NCBI GenBank assembly: GCA_943354875.1
Contig: CALRDJ010000002.1
Coordinates: forward strand, 1 to 44,809
DNA: 44,809 nucleotides
Origin: Candidatus Levybacteria bacterium GW2011_GWA1_37_16
GTDB taxonomy: Bacteria > Patescibacteriota > Microgenomatia > Levybacterales > UBA12049
Direction: 5' to 3'
Position 1 is the stretch's first letter; each line of letters starts with the position of its first letter. A program made the translations under genes and the position numbers. The notes under the pieces are model-generated. The model worked only from the letters and a program-made list of their open reading frames with translations. It was not told where the DNA came from and made no database searches. This document shows positions 34,474-44,561 of this stretch, piece after piece.

Positions 34474-36149
34474 TGATTAAGCGTCTTATTTCTGTCGTTA
34501 TTTTTCTCTCTCTTTTCGCGCTTTTTTATCATCCGATTACTGCCATAAACCAAGACCTCGGCAGACATCTATTAACCGGCAATATTATTTTGTCGACCAA
34601 AACTATTCCTACCGTTAATCTTTTTTCCTATACTCATCCCGATTTTCCTTTTATCAATCATCACTGGTTTTCAGAAGTTATCTACTCACTCCTCTACTCT
34701 ATTTCTGGTTTTCATGGCGTACTTATTTTTTCAACTGCAATTATATTGCTTTCATTTTTTCTTCTCTACAAATTTGTTTATAAAGATGCGTCAACCTTTG
34801 GTCTTATGGTAGCTTCCATTTTTTTCTTAGGACTTATCGCTGATCGCACTGATGTACGCCCTGAAATTTTCAGCGCACTCTGTATCAGCATTTTCTTAAC
34901 CACATTATTTTCATTTCAAAAACATCCCTCGAGAAAAATATTTTTTCTCATTCCTCTACAAATCCTCTGGACCAACATGCATATCTACTTTCCTATCGGA
35001 CTTTTTCTCATCGGTATTTTTCTGATCAATGATTTTATAACAAACAAATATAAACTAAATCAAAAACTATTCTTTGTCACTATTGGCGTTACACTTGCGA
35101 CTCTCGTAAACCCTCACGGAATCACAGGCGCTCTATATCCATTTGTCGTCTTACAAAACTATGGATACTCAATAGAAGAAAATCAAACCATGCTCTTTCT
35201 TTGGAAGCTTTTAGGAAAACAGAATATTATTATTTATTTCATCGGATCCCTCTGGGCGGTTTGCACACTCCTTTTTTCAACTCATAAGAAAAATTTTGTC
35301 TATTGGTCACTTATATTGTCCGGCATTATCCTCACTTACATGCAGGAACGAAACGAACTCTTGCTTGTTTTGTTTTCTTTCATTCCGATGACTGCAGTCA
35401 CTACTGATGTTTTAAAAAACATTTCTAAAAACTCAAAAACGTTACTTACCGTAGTGCTTTTGGGAACTCTTTTCTGGGTAGTAACTCCCTATATTCAAAA
35501 CCGAGGACTTGGATTTGGACTTCCCGAATATGCGAAAAATGGAGTGGATTTTATGATAAAAAATAAAATTACTGGACCTATGTTTAATAACTTTGATATC
35601 GGTAGCTATCTCGAATATCGCCTATATCCAGAGGGAAAAGTTTTTATCGATGGCAGACCCGAAGCATATCCCTCCTCATTCCTTCAAAGTGAATATATTC
35701 CCATGCAGGAAAACCCTACCGTGTTTGAAAAACTAGACGAAAAATATGGATTCAACGCCGTTTTCTTTTTCTATCCAGACCAAACCCCTTGGGCAGCACA
35801 ATTTACTAAGAGTATCATCTCAAACCCGAAGTGGTCACTCGTGTATCTGGATGGCAATACCATAATTCTTCTGAAGAAAAATGAAAAGAATAAAAAGTTA
35901 ATTTCAAGTTTTGAAATGCATCCTGACAGCCTTCACATATCCGATGATCTAAAAAATAAAGAGGTAGTTAGCCATCTTCTTTTCTTATTTAGCAATCTTG
36001 AATGGAAAAACGAACTAATTCAAATGGTGGAAAAAACGATACAGATTGACCCGAACAACTGCTACTCTCTTTATTATCTAGGAGCAAATGGAACAAATGA
36101 GGCTTTACGAGGAATGTACGCACAAAGATTTACAACGCTGTGTAAATAA
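34473..36149 (+). CDS. Polytopic integral membrane protein, possibly a GT-C-fold glycosyltransferase
   Basis: 558 aa, with at least 10 hydrophobic helices followed by a soluble C-terminal domain. The start overlaps the comM stop by 1 nt. The functional call is weak. Confidence 0.4.
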   Translation: MIKRLISVVIFLSLFALFYHPITAINQDLGRHLLTGNIILSTKTIPTVNLFSYTHPDFPFINHHWFSEVIYSLLYSISGFHGVLIFSTAIILLSFFLLYKFVYKDASTFGLMVASIFFLGLIADRTDVRPEIFSALCISIFLTTLFSFQKHPSRKIFFLIPLQILWTNMHIYFPIGLFLIGIFLINDFITNKYKLNQKLFFVTIGVTLATLVNPHGITGALYPFVVLQNYGYSIEENQTMLFLWKLLGKQNIIIYFIGSLWAVCTLLFSTHKKNFVYWSLILSGIILTYMQERNELLLVLFSFIPMTAVTTDVLKNISKNSKTLLTVVLLGTLFWVVTPYIQNRGLGFGLPEYAKNGVDFMIKNKITGPMFNNFDIGSYLEYRLYPEGKVFIDGRPEAYPSSFLQSEYIPMQENPTVFEKLDEKYGFNAVFFFYPDQTPWAAQFTKSIISNPKWSLVYLDGNTIILLKKNEKNKKLISSFEMHPDSLHISDDLKNKEVVSHLLFLFSNLEWKNELIQMVEKTIQIDPNNCYSLYYLGANGTNEALRGMYAQRFTTLCK

Positions 36150-36416
36150 CTACGCTTCTTTACTAAAACGAGTACCAATACCCAGACTACTTAACTGCAT
36201 TTCCCTACTTGCTTGCTGCTCTGCTGCTTTTTGCGCGCTATCTCCTGCACTATCAATATGACGAGATCGCGGTTCATAGATCACTTTACTCGTCGTTACG
36301 GCTCCATCTATAAATGGACTCGGTTTTATTATCGCGCCTGAATCACTACGCAGTGACACCTTACTCGCCATTCCGCTGTTATCTGACGTTACTAATGCTG
36401 TTCCCAATATTCCCAT
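36150..36416 (-). CDS. Hypothetical protein (88 aa)
   Basis: This ORF fills the gap between two plus-strand genes. I recognise no family. Confidence 0.35.
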   Translation of the reverse strand: MGILGTALVTSDNSGMASKVSLRSDSGAIIKPSPFIDGAVTTSKVIYEPRSRHIDSAGDSAQKAAEQQASREMQLSSLGIGTRFSKEA

Positions 36417-36481
36417 GAAATTAGCATATCATAGGCATGCAAATCCCCTATATAACTTCCTCTATGCTACAATAGATTACG

Positions 36482-38845
36482 ATGAAACCTGGCCTCTCTG
36501 CCTCCCAAGCTCACTCACTCCTACAGCAATATGGATACAATGAGATAACAGCCAAGCACAATGCCTCTCCTCTCCTTCTCTTCTGGTCTCAATTTCCAAC
36601 TGTCATAAACGGTATTTTAGCGCTTGCTGCCTTGCTTTCTTTTTTTGTCGGTGATGCTATCGATACGATATTTATCTTCGCCATTCTCTTTCTAAATGCT
36701 GTTTTGGGGTTTTATCAAGAATATCGAGCAGAAAAATCTCTGGAAAAATTAAAAGCCATGCTCAACCCACTGGTTCGAGTGATCCGTGATGGAAAAGAAC
36801 AACAAATTAGTAGTCGCGATCTTGTGCCAGGAGACATCGTATTTTTATTTGAAGGCGAGCGCGTACCCGCAGATGGAGCCATCACAAAAACTAACCACTT
36901 AGAAATTGACGAATCAGTCCTAACCGGCGAATCTCTTCCTGTTGAAAAAGAACCCAAAGCTCAAATCTTAAGCGGAACACTCGTAACAAAAGGGAATGGC
37001 TATATGGTTGTTGAGAAAACCGGCATGACCACTCGATTTGGTCAAATAGCAGAAACGCTTGCTACAGTCGAGGAGGATACCTCCCCACTAAAAAAACAGG
37101 TAAACGGATTAGGAAAAGTATTATCTGCTGTCGCTTTTTTATTCGCTTTTTTGGTGGTACCCGTCGGTCTTTCTCAAGGGAGAGAACTCTTCCCCCTTAT
37201 CCTGTTATCGGTAAGTGTGGCTATAGCTGCTATACCCGAGGGACTTCCAGCTGTTATCACCATCGCACTCGCAATCGGCACCAGTAAGATGGCGAAAAAG
37301 GGCGCCATCATACGAAAGTTGCCAGCTGTGGAAACACTTGGATCTGTTCAGATCCTTCTTTTCGACAAAACAGGCACACTCACCCAAAACAAAATGCAGG
37401 TGAAGGAGCACTGGACACTCGTGAAAAATAGCCTACCGAGACTTTTCATGTCTTGCGTAGTCGGAAATACCGCAACTCTTATCGAAAAAGGGGTTCCTAA
37501 CGAGTACGATGTGATCGGCGATACCACTGACGGCGCACTACTTCTCTACGGACATAAAAATGGTCTAAAGCAAGAAGTTCTGGAAAAAACAGGGAAACTC
37601 ATAGATGAGTATGTTTTTGACCCAATCACTAAAACCATTACGATCGTCTGGCAGGAGGGAGATAATCAGACAGTATTTATCAGAGGTGCACCTGAAGAGG
37701 TTTTGGGAAAAAGCATCGTGACAGAAAAAGAACGAAAACAAATAACAGAAATGTATGAGTCCTTTGCGCTAAAAGGACTTCGCGTAATCGGATTTGCGAC
37801 GAAAACCAAAAAACATGGCCATACATCTCGAAAGCATCTCGAGAACAACCTTACTTTTTTAGGACTTATCGGAATCTACGATCCTCCACGCCTTGAAGCC
37901 AAACAGGCCATCTTATCCGCTAAGGAGGCAGGAATACGCCCGATCATGGTAACGGGAGACAATGAACTTACTGCGTTAACCATCGGAAGAGAAGTAGGTC
38001 TTATAGACGAAAACGACCATGTCATTACAGGAAACGAATTATCCAAGATTTCAGACGATGAACTGTCTCTTCTTCTGGATACTACGAACGTATTTAGCCG
38101 CGTACAACCAGAGGATAAACTCAGGCTCACTTCCCTATTTAAGAAAAAGGGGTATATCGTCGGAGTTACAGGAGACGGAGTAAATGATGCACTTGCTCTA
38201 AAGCGTGCAGATGTCGGCATCGCTATGGGAATTGGCGGAACAGACGTCGCCAAGGAAGCAGCAGATATCGTACTTACCGATAATAACTTTGCTACGCTCG
38301 TCCACGCTATTATGGAAGGACGAGTTATCTATAATAATATCAGCAAAGCCATCGTGTATCTTCTCGCCGGCAACCTATCTGAAATCCTGTTTGTTCTCCT
38401 CACTGTCGCATTCGGACTTCCTGTCGCACTGTTGCCCACGCAAATTCTATGGATAAATCTCGTCACCGATGGTATCCCTGCACTCGCGCTCGCCAGTGAC
38501 ACCGGCGATTCGAATGTTGTCCATCAAAAACCGAGAAACATCAGTACCCCTATTCTCACACCACAACGCCTACTATTTATCCTAACGGTCGGCGGAACCA
38601 TAGCCATAATTTTGTGCTTTGTATTTTATGTTATTAACCTAAACGGAAATAGCACACTTGCGCGAACAGTAACGTTTAACTTATTAGTAGCACTTCATCT
38701 GTGTGCTGCATTCATCGTGCGAGGAAAAAATTGGTACCGAAAAAATCCTCTCCTTATGTACGGAACCATCGCGACAATTGTCCTCCAAGCCATGATTACC
38801 CTTATTCCATCACTGCAGGAAATTTTTCATCTCGGTTTTAACTAA
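36482..38845 (+). CDS. P2-type cation-transporting ATPase (Ca2+-ATPase-like)
   Basis: DKTGTLT phosphorylation site, [15 protein letters not shown] (SERCA-like TM4), TGDN and [20 protein letters not shown] are present. 787 aa. Confidence 0.88.
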   Translation: MKPGLSASQAHSLLQQYGYNEITAKHNASPLLLFWSQFPTVINGILALAALLSFFVGDAIDTIFIFAILFLNAVLGFYQEYRAEKSLEKLKAMLNPLVRVIRDGKEQQISSRDLVPGDIVFLFEGERVPADGAITKTNHLEIDESVLTGESLPVEKEPKAQILSGTLVTKGNGYMVVEKTGMTTRFGQIAETLATVEEDTSPLKKQVNGLGKVLSAVAFLFAFLVVPVGLSQGRELFPLILLSVSVAIAAIPEGLPAVITIALAIGTSKMAKKGAIIRKLPAVETLGSVQILLFDKTGTLTQNKMQVKEHWTLVKNSLPRLFMSCVVGNTATLIEKGVPNEYDVIGDTTDGALLLYGHKNGLKQEVLEKTGKLIDEYVFDPITKTITIVWQEGDNQTVFIRGAPEEVLGKSIVTEKERKQITEMYESFALKGLRVIGFATKTKKHGHTSRKHLENNLTFLGLIGIYDPPRLEAKQAILSAKEAGIRPIMVTGDNELTALTIGREVGLIDENDHVITGNELSKISDDELSLLLDTTNVFSRVQPEDKLRLTSLFKKKGYIVGVTGDGVNDALALKRADVGIAMGIGGTDVAKEAADIVLTDNNFATLVHAIMEGRVIYNNISKAIVYLLAGNLSEILFVLLTVAFGLPVALLPTQILWINLVTDGIPALALASDTGDSNVVHQKPRNISTPILTPQRLLFILTVGGTIAIILCFVFYVINLNGNSTLARTVTFNLLVALHLCAAFIVRGKNWYRKNPLLMYGTIATIVLQAMITLIPSLQEIFHLGFN

Positions 38846-39879
38846 AGAAGCTCATCCTTAAGATTTTTCGGAAGTGGATGCTTTAGATGATGATATGCAT
38901 GCACAGTCACTACTCTTCCTCGAGGAGTTCGTTTTAAAAAACCTATTTGCATGAGATACGGCTCGATTACATCCTCTATCGTTTGACTATCTTCAGTAAT
39001 ATTAGCTGCGAGCGTATCTAAACCGACTGGCCCCCCGTTATGTTTTTCGATAAGAACAGTCAAAAGCCGTCTATCTGAGTCATCAAGCCCGAGCGGATCT
39101 ACGTCGAGCAGTCGCAATGCTTCATGTGTCAGATCGCTTGTGATCTCTCCACTCCCCTTCACTACTGCATAATCACGGGCGCGCTTCAAAAGTTTCAATG
39201 CGATACGTGGCGTACCTCTTGCACGCTTTGCCAGCTCACTCATACTATCCGGATCAATTTTTATCTCCAGTTTCTGTGCTGCTTTTTTTATGATTTCACT
39301 CAAGTCGTCAACTTCATAAAACGACAGCCTATGCGTAACCCCAAATCTATCTCGTAGTGGCGCAGAAATTAGACCAACCCGAGTCGTGGCACCAATGATA
39401 GTAAATTGTGGGAGATCGAGCCTGAGAGTTCGCGCAGACGGTCCTTTTCCAATTACGACATCTAGTGCATAATCTTCCATAGCTGGATAGAGTGTTTCCT
39501 CAATTGTCTTATGAAGCCTATGAATTTCATCTATAAAAAGCACGTCTCCTTTTTCCAGATTAGTCAGAATGGAGGCAAGATCTCCAGTTCTTTCAATCGC
39601 TGGACCTGAAGTAATTCGGATATTTGCCCCCATTTCGCGGGCAATAATGTGTGACAGTGTCGTCTTCCCAAGCCCCGGAGGTCCATAGAGAAGTACATGT
39701 TCAAGCGCCTGTTTACGTTTCCGAGCTGAAGCAATAGCTATAGATAATGCCTCTTTTACCTTCTGCTGCCCCTGAAACTCACTCCAATCCTGTGCACGCA
39801 AAGAAGTAAAAAGCACCTCTTCTTCAGGCAACACATTTTCAGTTTTCTTCAATTCCTCCGTAGGCTTTTGCTTCTTCAT
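38842..39879 (-). CDS. ruvB: Holliday junction branch migration ATPase RuvB
   Basis: [15 protein letters not shown] and a conserved C-terminal winged helix. Confidence 0.95.
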   Translation of the reverse strand: MKKQKPTEELKKTENVLPEEEVLFTSLRAQDWSEFQGQQKVKEALSIAIASARKRKQALEHVLLYGPPGLGKTTLSHIIAREMGANIRITSGPAIERTGDLASILTNLEKGDVLFIDEIHRLHKTIEETLYPAMEDYALDVVIGKGPSARTLRLDLPQFTIIGATTRVGLISAPLRDRFGVTHRLSFYEVDDLSEIIKKAAQKLEIKIDPDSMSELAKRARGTPRIALKLLKRARDYAVVKGSGEITSDLTHEALRLLDVDPLGLDDSDRRLLTVLIEKHNGGPVGLDTLAANITEDSQTIEDVIEPYLMQIGFLKRTPRGRVVTVHAYHHLKHPLPKNLKDELL

Positions 39880-39900
39880 GTTTAATTTAAAATTAAAAAC

Positions 39901-40476
39901 TTATTTCCCGAGCTGTCGCAATGCCAGCTTTATTTTCTTCTCAGTTGGAAGCGCCGAATCAATCTCTTGCAGTGCCACTGCTGCCTCCTGATCAGAGTAA
40001 CCAAACGTTTTCAATGCCATTATAACGTCTGAGTTTTCAGACGAATCATCGCTGGTCAAATCCAAATCTTTTCCTCCTCCTACTTTATTTTTCAACTCTA
40101 TAATTATCTTCTGGGCATTTTTTCTTCCCAATCGCGGTACTGCAGTAAATGTCTCCACATTTCCATTTTTTATGGCACCAATTATGTCACCACTACTATA
40201 CAAAGAAAACATACCTACTGCAGTTTTGGGACCAATACCAGAAACGCTTATAAGAAGTTCGAAGAGTCTCAGGTCCTCAGCTTTTGAAAAACCATACAGC
40301 TCCAACATATCTTCTCGCACATGTGTATAAGTAAATACTACGACCTCACTCCCCAGTCCAGAAATTTTATTTAAAACATCACGTGCGACTAAAACTTTGT
40401 ATCCAACTCCACCGGTATCGATGAGGATATAGGGGTCATTTCGAAGAACTACTGAACCTCTGACCATGCCAATCAT
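39901..40476 (-). CDS. ruvA: Holliday junction DNA helicase subunit RuvA
   Basis: MIGMVRGSV...GVGYKV OB domain and a helix-hairpin-helix segment (VSGIGPKTA). 191 aa. Confidence 0.92.
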   Translation of the reverse strand: MIGMVRGSVVLRNDPYILIDTGGVGYKVLVARDVLNKISGLGSEVVVFTYTHVREDMLELYGFSKAEDLRLFELLISVSGIGPKTAVGMFSLYSSGDIIGAIKNGNVETFTAVPRLGRKNAQKIIIELKNKVGGGKDLDLTSDDSSENSDVIMALKTFGYSDQEAAVALQEIDSALPTEKKIKLALRQLGK

Positions 40477-40488
40477 AATTGAATTTGA

Positions 40489-40980
40489 TTATAACATACG
40501 AGCAGAAGTCATTTTTCGTGAAAAGCCATGCGTTATGGCTATCGCCAATGCGTCTGCGGTGTCATCAGGAGTAGGAACTTTCGATAATTTCAAAATGGCT
40601 TTCACCATCTGCCCTACTTGAGATTTTTCTGCCTTACCATATCCAGTTACTGCTATCTTTACCTCTCCCGGTGAGTACTCTCCGACTTTTAAGTTATGCT
40701 GCGCTGCGGATAAAAGCACGACTCCCCGTGCCTGACCCACAGAAAAGGCGGTTGTCACATTCGTGCCAAAGAATAACTTCTCAATCCCAAGCTCATCAGG
40801 CTTTTCTTTTTTTATCACTTCAGTAATCTTTGTATATAACTCCTCTAATCTTTTTTCTGCTGTTTGCTTTTGTTTTGTCTCTATGCAGCCATAACTACCA
40901 ACCACTAACTTCTGACCTATAACATCAACCACTCCCCAACCACACCTTCCAATTCCAGGATCAATCCCAAGTATCTTCAT
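40489..40980 (-). CDS. ruvC: Crossover junction endodeoxyribonuclease RuvC
   Basis: MKILGIDPGIGRCGWGVV is the canonical N-terminus with the catalytic Asp. The 25-codon upstream extension of the ORF reads through the repeat element and was discarded. Confidence 0.9.
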   Translation of the reverse strand: MKILGIDPGIGRCGWGVVDVIGQKLVVGSYGCIETKQKQTAEKRLEELYTKITEVIKKEKPDELGIEKLFFGTNVTTAFSVGQARGVVLLSAAQHNLKVGEYSPGEVKIAVTGYGKAEKSQVGQMVKAILKLSKVPTPDDTADALAIAITHGFSRKMTSARML

Positions 40981-41021
40981 AATTTCCACTTCTTCATGTA
41001 TTCTACTATAGAACACTAGGA

Positions 41022-41067
41022 CCTGCCTGCCGGCAAGGCAGGGATCCTGAATCAAGTTCAGGATGAC
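41022..41067. repeat. Composite repeat: CCTGCC-tgccggcaa-GGCAGG palindrome abutting an ATCCTGAA-tcaag-TTCAGGAT(GAC) hairpin
   Basis: Both repeat classes of the window sit side by side in the ruvC/rplY divergent intergenic region. Confidence 0.8.
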
Positions 41068-41082
41068 AACCCAAGACCAATC

Positions 41083-41111
41083 TTGTGTTTAACGCCTGTC
41101 TCTAGTATAAT
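41083..41111 (+). promoter_or_regulatory. rplY promoter
   Basis: TTGTGT (41083-41088)-17 nt-TATAAT (41106-41111), with the ATG 8 nt downstream. Confidence 0.55.
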
Positions 41112-41119
41112 ATAAGCCT

Positions 41120-41851
41120 ATGCCACAACGAGAAAAACTTACCGTCGAAAAACGAACAGTTTTGGGAAAAAATGTAAAGAGAATGCGAAAGCAGGGTCTT
41201 TTGCCCGCAAATATTTATGGTAAAGGCTTGGAGTCTACCTCTGTACAAGTACCTACGAAAGAGTTTGAAGCACTTTTTAAAGAAGTAGGAGAAACCGGTC
41301 TTATAGATGTCGTCTTAGATGGCCAGTCTCATCCAGTACTCATCAAAAACATTCAAATAGCCTCAGTTACCCGAAAAATTCTCCATGCTGAATTCTATCA
41401 AGTAAACTTAAAAGAAAAAATTAAAGCTATGATACCAGTTGAAGTCGTAGGAGAACCAAAGGCAGTAACTGATAAGCTCGGACTATTACTCCAAACATTA
41501 TCTGAAGTTGAAGTTGAAGCACTACCAGAAGATCTCCCTGAAAAATTTGAACTGAACGTAGAACACTTGGCAACAATTGATGAGCAAGTAACCGTAGCCG
41601 ACCTAAAGGCACCTCAAGGAGTAGAAATATTGACCGAAGCAGAACAAGTCGTAGCTAAAATTTCAGAATTGGTTTCTAAAGAAGCAGAGGCTGATGCCGC
41701 CGCCGCAGAAGCTGCAGCAACTGCTGCATCCACAGAAGGCGAAGCCACAGCTGAAAGCGCAGAGGGCGTATCATCTCCAGAGGGTGAAGGCGAAAAACCA
41801 GCTTCAGGCGACGAAAAGACTAAGGAAGAATCAAAATCAGAAGAAAAATAA
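41120..41851 (+). CDS. rplY: 50S ribosomal protein L25 / general stress protein Ctc, with an acidic low-complexity tail
   Basis: RTVLGKNVKRMRKQGLLPANIYGKG is the L25 N-terminus, followed by a beta-barrel Ctc domain and an Ala/Glu-rich C-terminal tail. Confidence 0.9.
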   Translation: MPQREKLTVEKRTVLGKNVKRMRKQGLLPANIYGKGLESTSVQVPTKEFEALFKEVGETGLIDVVLDGQSHPVLIKNIQIASVTRKILHAEFYQVNLKEKIKAMIPVEVVGEPKAVTDKLGLLLQTLSEVEVEALPEDLPEKFELNVEHLATIDEQVTVADLKAPQGVEILTEAEQVVAKISELVSKEAEADAAAAEAAATAASTEGEATAESAEGVSSPEGEGEKPASGDEKTKEESKSEEK

Positions 41852-41854
41852 GAA

Positions 41855-42313
41855 CTACTCCCCTAGTACCTTTTCAAATTCTCTCCCTGGAATAAAATTA
41901 GGATCAATTTCCAACGTCTTTTCTAAGTTCACCTTTGCCCTATCTGTATCTCCCAGCCTGTAGTCCGCAACAGCCATCATGAAATAGCCGTCTCTATATA
42001 ATGGATATGCATGGGTAACCTCTCTCCACTTCTCTCGATCCAGAATCAGATCCTCTCTTTCCATCAAGCGACTCGCAAGTACGTTTTTAGCAGTATAGAG
42101 TTCATATCCCTGCCCAATTAGCGCTATAGTGAGCAATGCTGAGATGATTAACACATTTTTCTTAAATGAGTCCACTGCGCGGAACAACGAAAAGAATCGT
42201 TCCCCAAACCCCCGTGGTGCTTCGGGAATACTTCGGGAAATACTCGGGGATTCTTTTTTCGCTACCTTTTTTACAATTCGTGGCTTACGTGGCTTCGTAT
42301 TTTTAACAGACAT
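41855..42313 (-). CDS. Membrane-anchored TPR-like hypothetical protein
   Basis: Basic N-terminus, one TM helix (VLIISALLTIALIG) and a TPR-like C-terminus (AVADYRLGDTDRAKVNLEKTLEIDPNF). It lies 4 nt downstream of valS. Confidence 0.5.
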   Translation of the reverse strand: MSVKNTKPRKPRIVKKVAKKESPSISRSIPEAPRGFGERFFSLFRAVDSFKKNVLIISALLTIALIGQGYELYTAKNVLASRLMEREDLILDREKWREVTHAYPLYRDGYFMMAVADYRLGDTDRAKVNLEKTLEIDPNFIPGREFEKVLGE

Positions 42314-42317
42314 AATA

Positions 42318-44561
42318 TTATTTGGGCCAACTTGAAATCATAATGGAATCCTCTCCCCCCAGCTTTCCATACATCTCTTCTGTTATGAATGGCATAAATG
42401 GATGTAGGAGTTTTAAGAGAGTTACGAATAGCGAATTGAGAACCATAAAGGAATTTTCATCAATTCTGTTCTTAACATCTTCTATGTATTTATCAGCGAA
42501 TTCATGCCAGATAAACTCATATAATTTTTCAGATGCGAAATTAAACTGATAACTGTCTATATTTTTCGTAACTTCTGTAACCAAAGCCTGTACTTTTTCC
42601 ACCATCGCCTTATCATTCTCATGCATTGAAATAGTGTCATTCTGGAGCGTAGCGATAGAATCTATTTGAGGGATCCTATCGGTCGTTTCGCTCCCTCCAG
42701 GATGACCCGAAGTAGGTCTTTTCATTTCTATAAACCGTGTCATGTTCCAAAGCTTATTCGCAAATTTTCTTGACGCATCGAGCTTCGGATATGAAAGACT
42801 TTGATCATTTCCTGTGGCATTTCCATATACGAGCGCAAATCGCACCGCATCCGCACCGTACTGCTCCACCAGCTCCAAAGGATTTACTACATTTCCCTTG
42901 CTCTTACTCATTTTTTTCCCATATGGGTCATTTACGAGTCCATGAAAAAGCACATCTTTAAAAGGAACCTCTCCAGTAATATACATCCCCAGCATAATCA
43001 TGCGTGAAACCCAAGAGCGTAAAAGATCATACCCGGTTTCCATGACCGCAGTCGGATAAAACTTTTCAAAATCACCAGACTTTGTGGTCATAAGTGTCAA
43101 GTATGGCCACTGCCCTGAAGAAAACCATGTGTCAAATGTGTCAGTATCCTGTTCTAGATTAGTAGATTCACATCTTGGACATTTATCTGGCTTCTCACCC
43201 TCAGTTACTATCCAGTCTGATTTTTTGTCATTCTGGAGCGGATTCGACGAACTCACCGTAAACTCCGCGATAGAATCCTTATGAGAGATCCTATCGGTCG
43301 CCTTGCTCCCTCCAGGATGACAAGAGACGCACTGCCAGGCAGGAATACGAATTCCCCATACAATTTGTCTGGAAATATTCCAATCTCGTAAGTTATCCAT
43401 CCACTGACCATAATGGTTTTCGAAGTTTTTAGGAGTTATTTTTATTTCACTTTTTTTAACCGCTTCAAGTGCTTTTTCTTTTAGTGGACCTACTTTCACA
43501 AACCACTGCTCGAGCGGTAATGGCTCCAAAACATTTCTGCATTTATAGCAAAGCCCTACTCTATTTACATATTCTGTATCAATTTTTTCAATTAACCCTT
43601 TCGCCTGCATCTCTTCCACTATCGCTGCACGAGCCTGCTTGATATATAATCCCGCAAACTTACCTGCGTGCTCATTCATCTTCCCGTCAAACCCGATTAC
43701 CTGCTTGAGTGGCAGATTGTGTCTTTTTCCTGTCTCATAATCATTAAAATCGTGCGCCGGTGTTACCTTCACCACGCCCGTTCCGAATTCGGGATCGACC
43801 ATCTCATCCCCTACTACTTGTATGCTTGCCATACCCAAAACCGTCTCGACCTCTATTACTTTTCCAATGTATTGCTGATACCGAGGATCTTTCGGATGCA
43901 CGGCGATACCGGTATCGCCAAATTTTGTTTCAGGACGCGTCGTGGCTAAAACAAGCGGTCCATACTTTATGTAATACAAAGGACTTCTTCGTTCTTCGTG
44001 TACGACTTCCAAGTCTGAGTAGCCGGTTCCATCAAATGTGCAGTAATTTACCAATCGGTAATCTCGATACACGAGTCCATCTTCATGCATTTTTTTAAAC
44101 GTTTTATATACCAGCAGGACGATGTCTGGATCGAGCGTATATTTTTGGCGTGACCAATCAAGGGAGAATCCAAGCTTCCTGAGCTGATTCTCTATCCCCC
44201 CCTTATTCTCCTCTACATACTCACTGATCATCTTGTAGAGCGTTTCCTGGTCAAAATCAAACCTCGACTTTCCCTGCTCTTTTAGCTTCTTTTCGAAAAC
44301 GAATTGGGTTTCAGTTCCTGCATGATCAGTGCCCGGCAGCCATAATGCACTCTCTCCGAGCATCCGATGATATCTGATAAGAACATCCTCTACCGCAAAC
44401 ATCGCATGACCGAAATGAAGTGCTCCATTCGCATTTGGTGGCGGCAAAACAATACAATATGGTTTTCCATCTGGGTGAATTTCAGGCTTAAAATATCCTT
44501 TTTCTTCCCAATCCCTGTATATTTTCTCCTCAACGTCTCTGTGGTTATATATCTTATCCAT
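42318..44561 (-). CDS. valS: Valine-tRNA ligase, short form without the C-terminal coiled coil, carrying two repeat-derived insertions
   Basis: PPPNANGALHFGHA (HIGH), KMSKSKGN (KMSKS), TRPETKFGD and VDPEFGTGVVKVTPAHD are present. 747 aa. Confidence 0.95.
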   Translation of the reverse strand: MDKIYNHRDVEEKIYRDWEEKGYFKPEIHPDGKPYCIVLPPPNANGALHFGHAMFAVEDVLIRYHRMLGESALWLPGTDHAGTETQFVFEKKLKEQGKSRFDFDQETLYKMISEYVEENKGGIENQLRKLGFSLDWSRQKYTLDPDIVLLVYKTFKKMHEDGLVYRDYRLVNYCTFDGTGYSDLEVVHEERRSPLYYIKYGPLVLATTRPETKFGDTGIAVHPKDPRYQQYIGKVIEVETVLGMASIQVVGDEMVDPEFGTGVVKVTPAHDFNDYETGKRHNLPLKQVIGFDGKMNEHAGKFAGLYIKQARAAIVEEMQAKGLIEKIDTEYVNRVGLCYKCRNVLEPLPLEQWFVKVGPLKEKALEAVKKSEIKITPKNFENHYGQWMDNLRDWNISRQIVWGIRIPAWQCVSCHPGGSKATDRISHKDSIAEFTVSSSNPLQNDKKSDWIVTEGEKPDKCPRCESTNLEQDTDTFDTWFSSGQWPYLTLMTTKSGDFEKFYPTAVMETGYDLLRSWVSRMIMLGMYITGEVPFKDVLFHGLVNDPYGKKMSKSKGNVVNPLELVEQYGADAVRFALVYGNATGNDQSLSYPKLDASRKFANKLWNMTRFIEMKRPTSGHPGGSETTDRIPQIDSIATLQNDTISMHENDKAMVEKVQALVTEVTKNIDSYQFNFASEKLYEFIWHEFADKYIEDVKNRIDENSFMVLNSLFVTLLKLLHPFMPFITEEMYGKLGGEDSIMISSWPK
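42636..42706 (-). repeat. 71-bp imperfect palindromic element, in frame inside valS (anticodon-binding region)
   Basis: The element is GTCATTCTGGAGCG...GATAGAATC-tatttgagg-GATCCTATC...CGCTCCCTCCAGGATGAC. It encodes HPGGSETTDRIPQIDSIATLQND. Confidence 0.8.
43227..43321 (-). repeat. 95-bp copy of the same element, in frame inside valS (Zn-knuckle region)
   Basis: About 85-88% identical to 42636-42706 by hand alignment, plus a 24-nt internal insertion. It encodes HPGGSKATDRISHKDSIAEFTVSSSNPLQND. Confidence 0.8.

Noticed and set aside
40981-41055. A 25-codon N-terminal extension of the ruvC ORF (MIQDPCLAGRQVLVFYSRIHEEVEI).
   Set aside because: It reads through the palindromic repeats. The canonical RuvC N-terminus MKILGIDPG begins at ATG 40980.
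43333-43343. CTGCC-A-GGCAG next to the valS insertion, as a possible further mini-palindrome copy.
   Set aside because: It encodes the conserved IPAW(Q)C segment of ValRS and has only a 1-nt loop. It is probably protein-level conservation rather than an inserted element.
43783-43792. The CCGAATTCGG palindrome followed by GATCGAC in valS, which resembles the TTCGGGATGAC repeat terminus.
   Set aside because: It encodes the universally conserved ValRS motif VDPEFGTG, so the resemblance is most simply coincidental.
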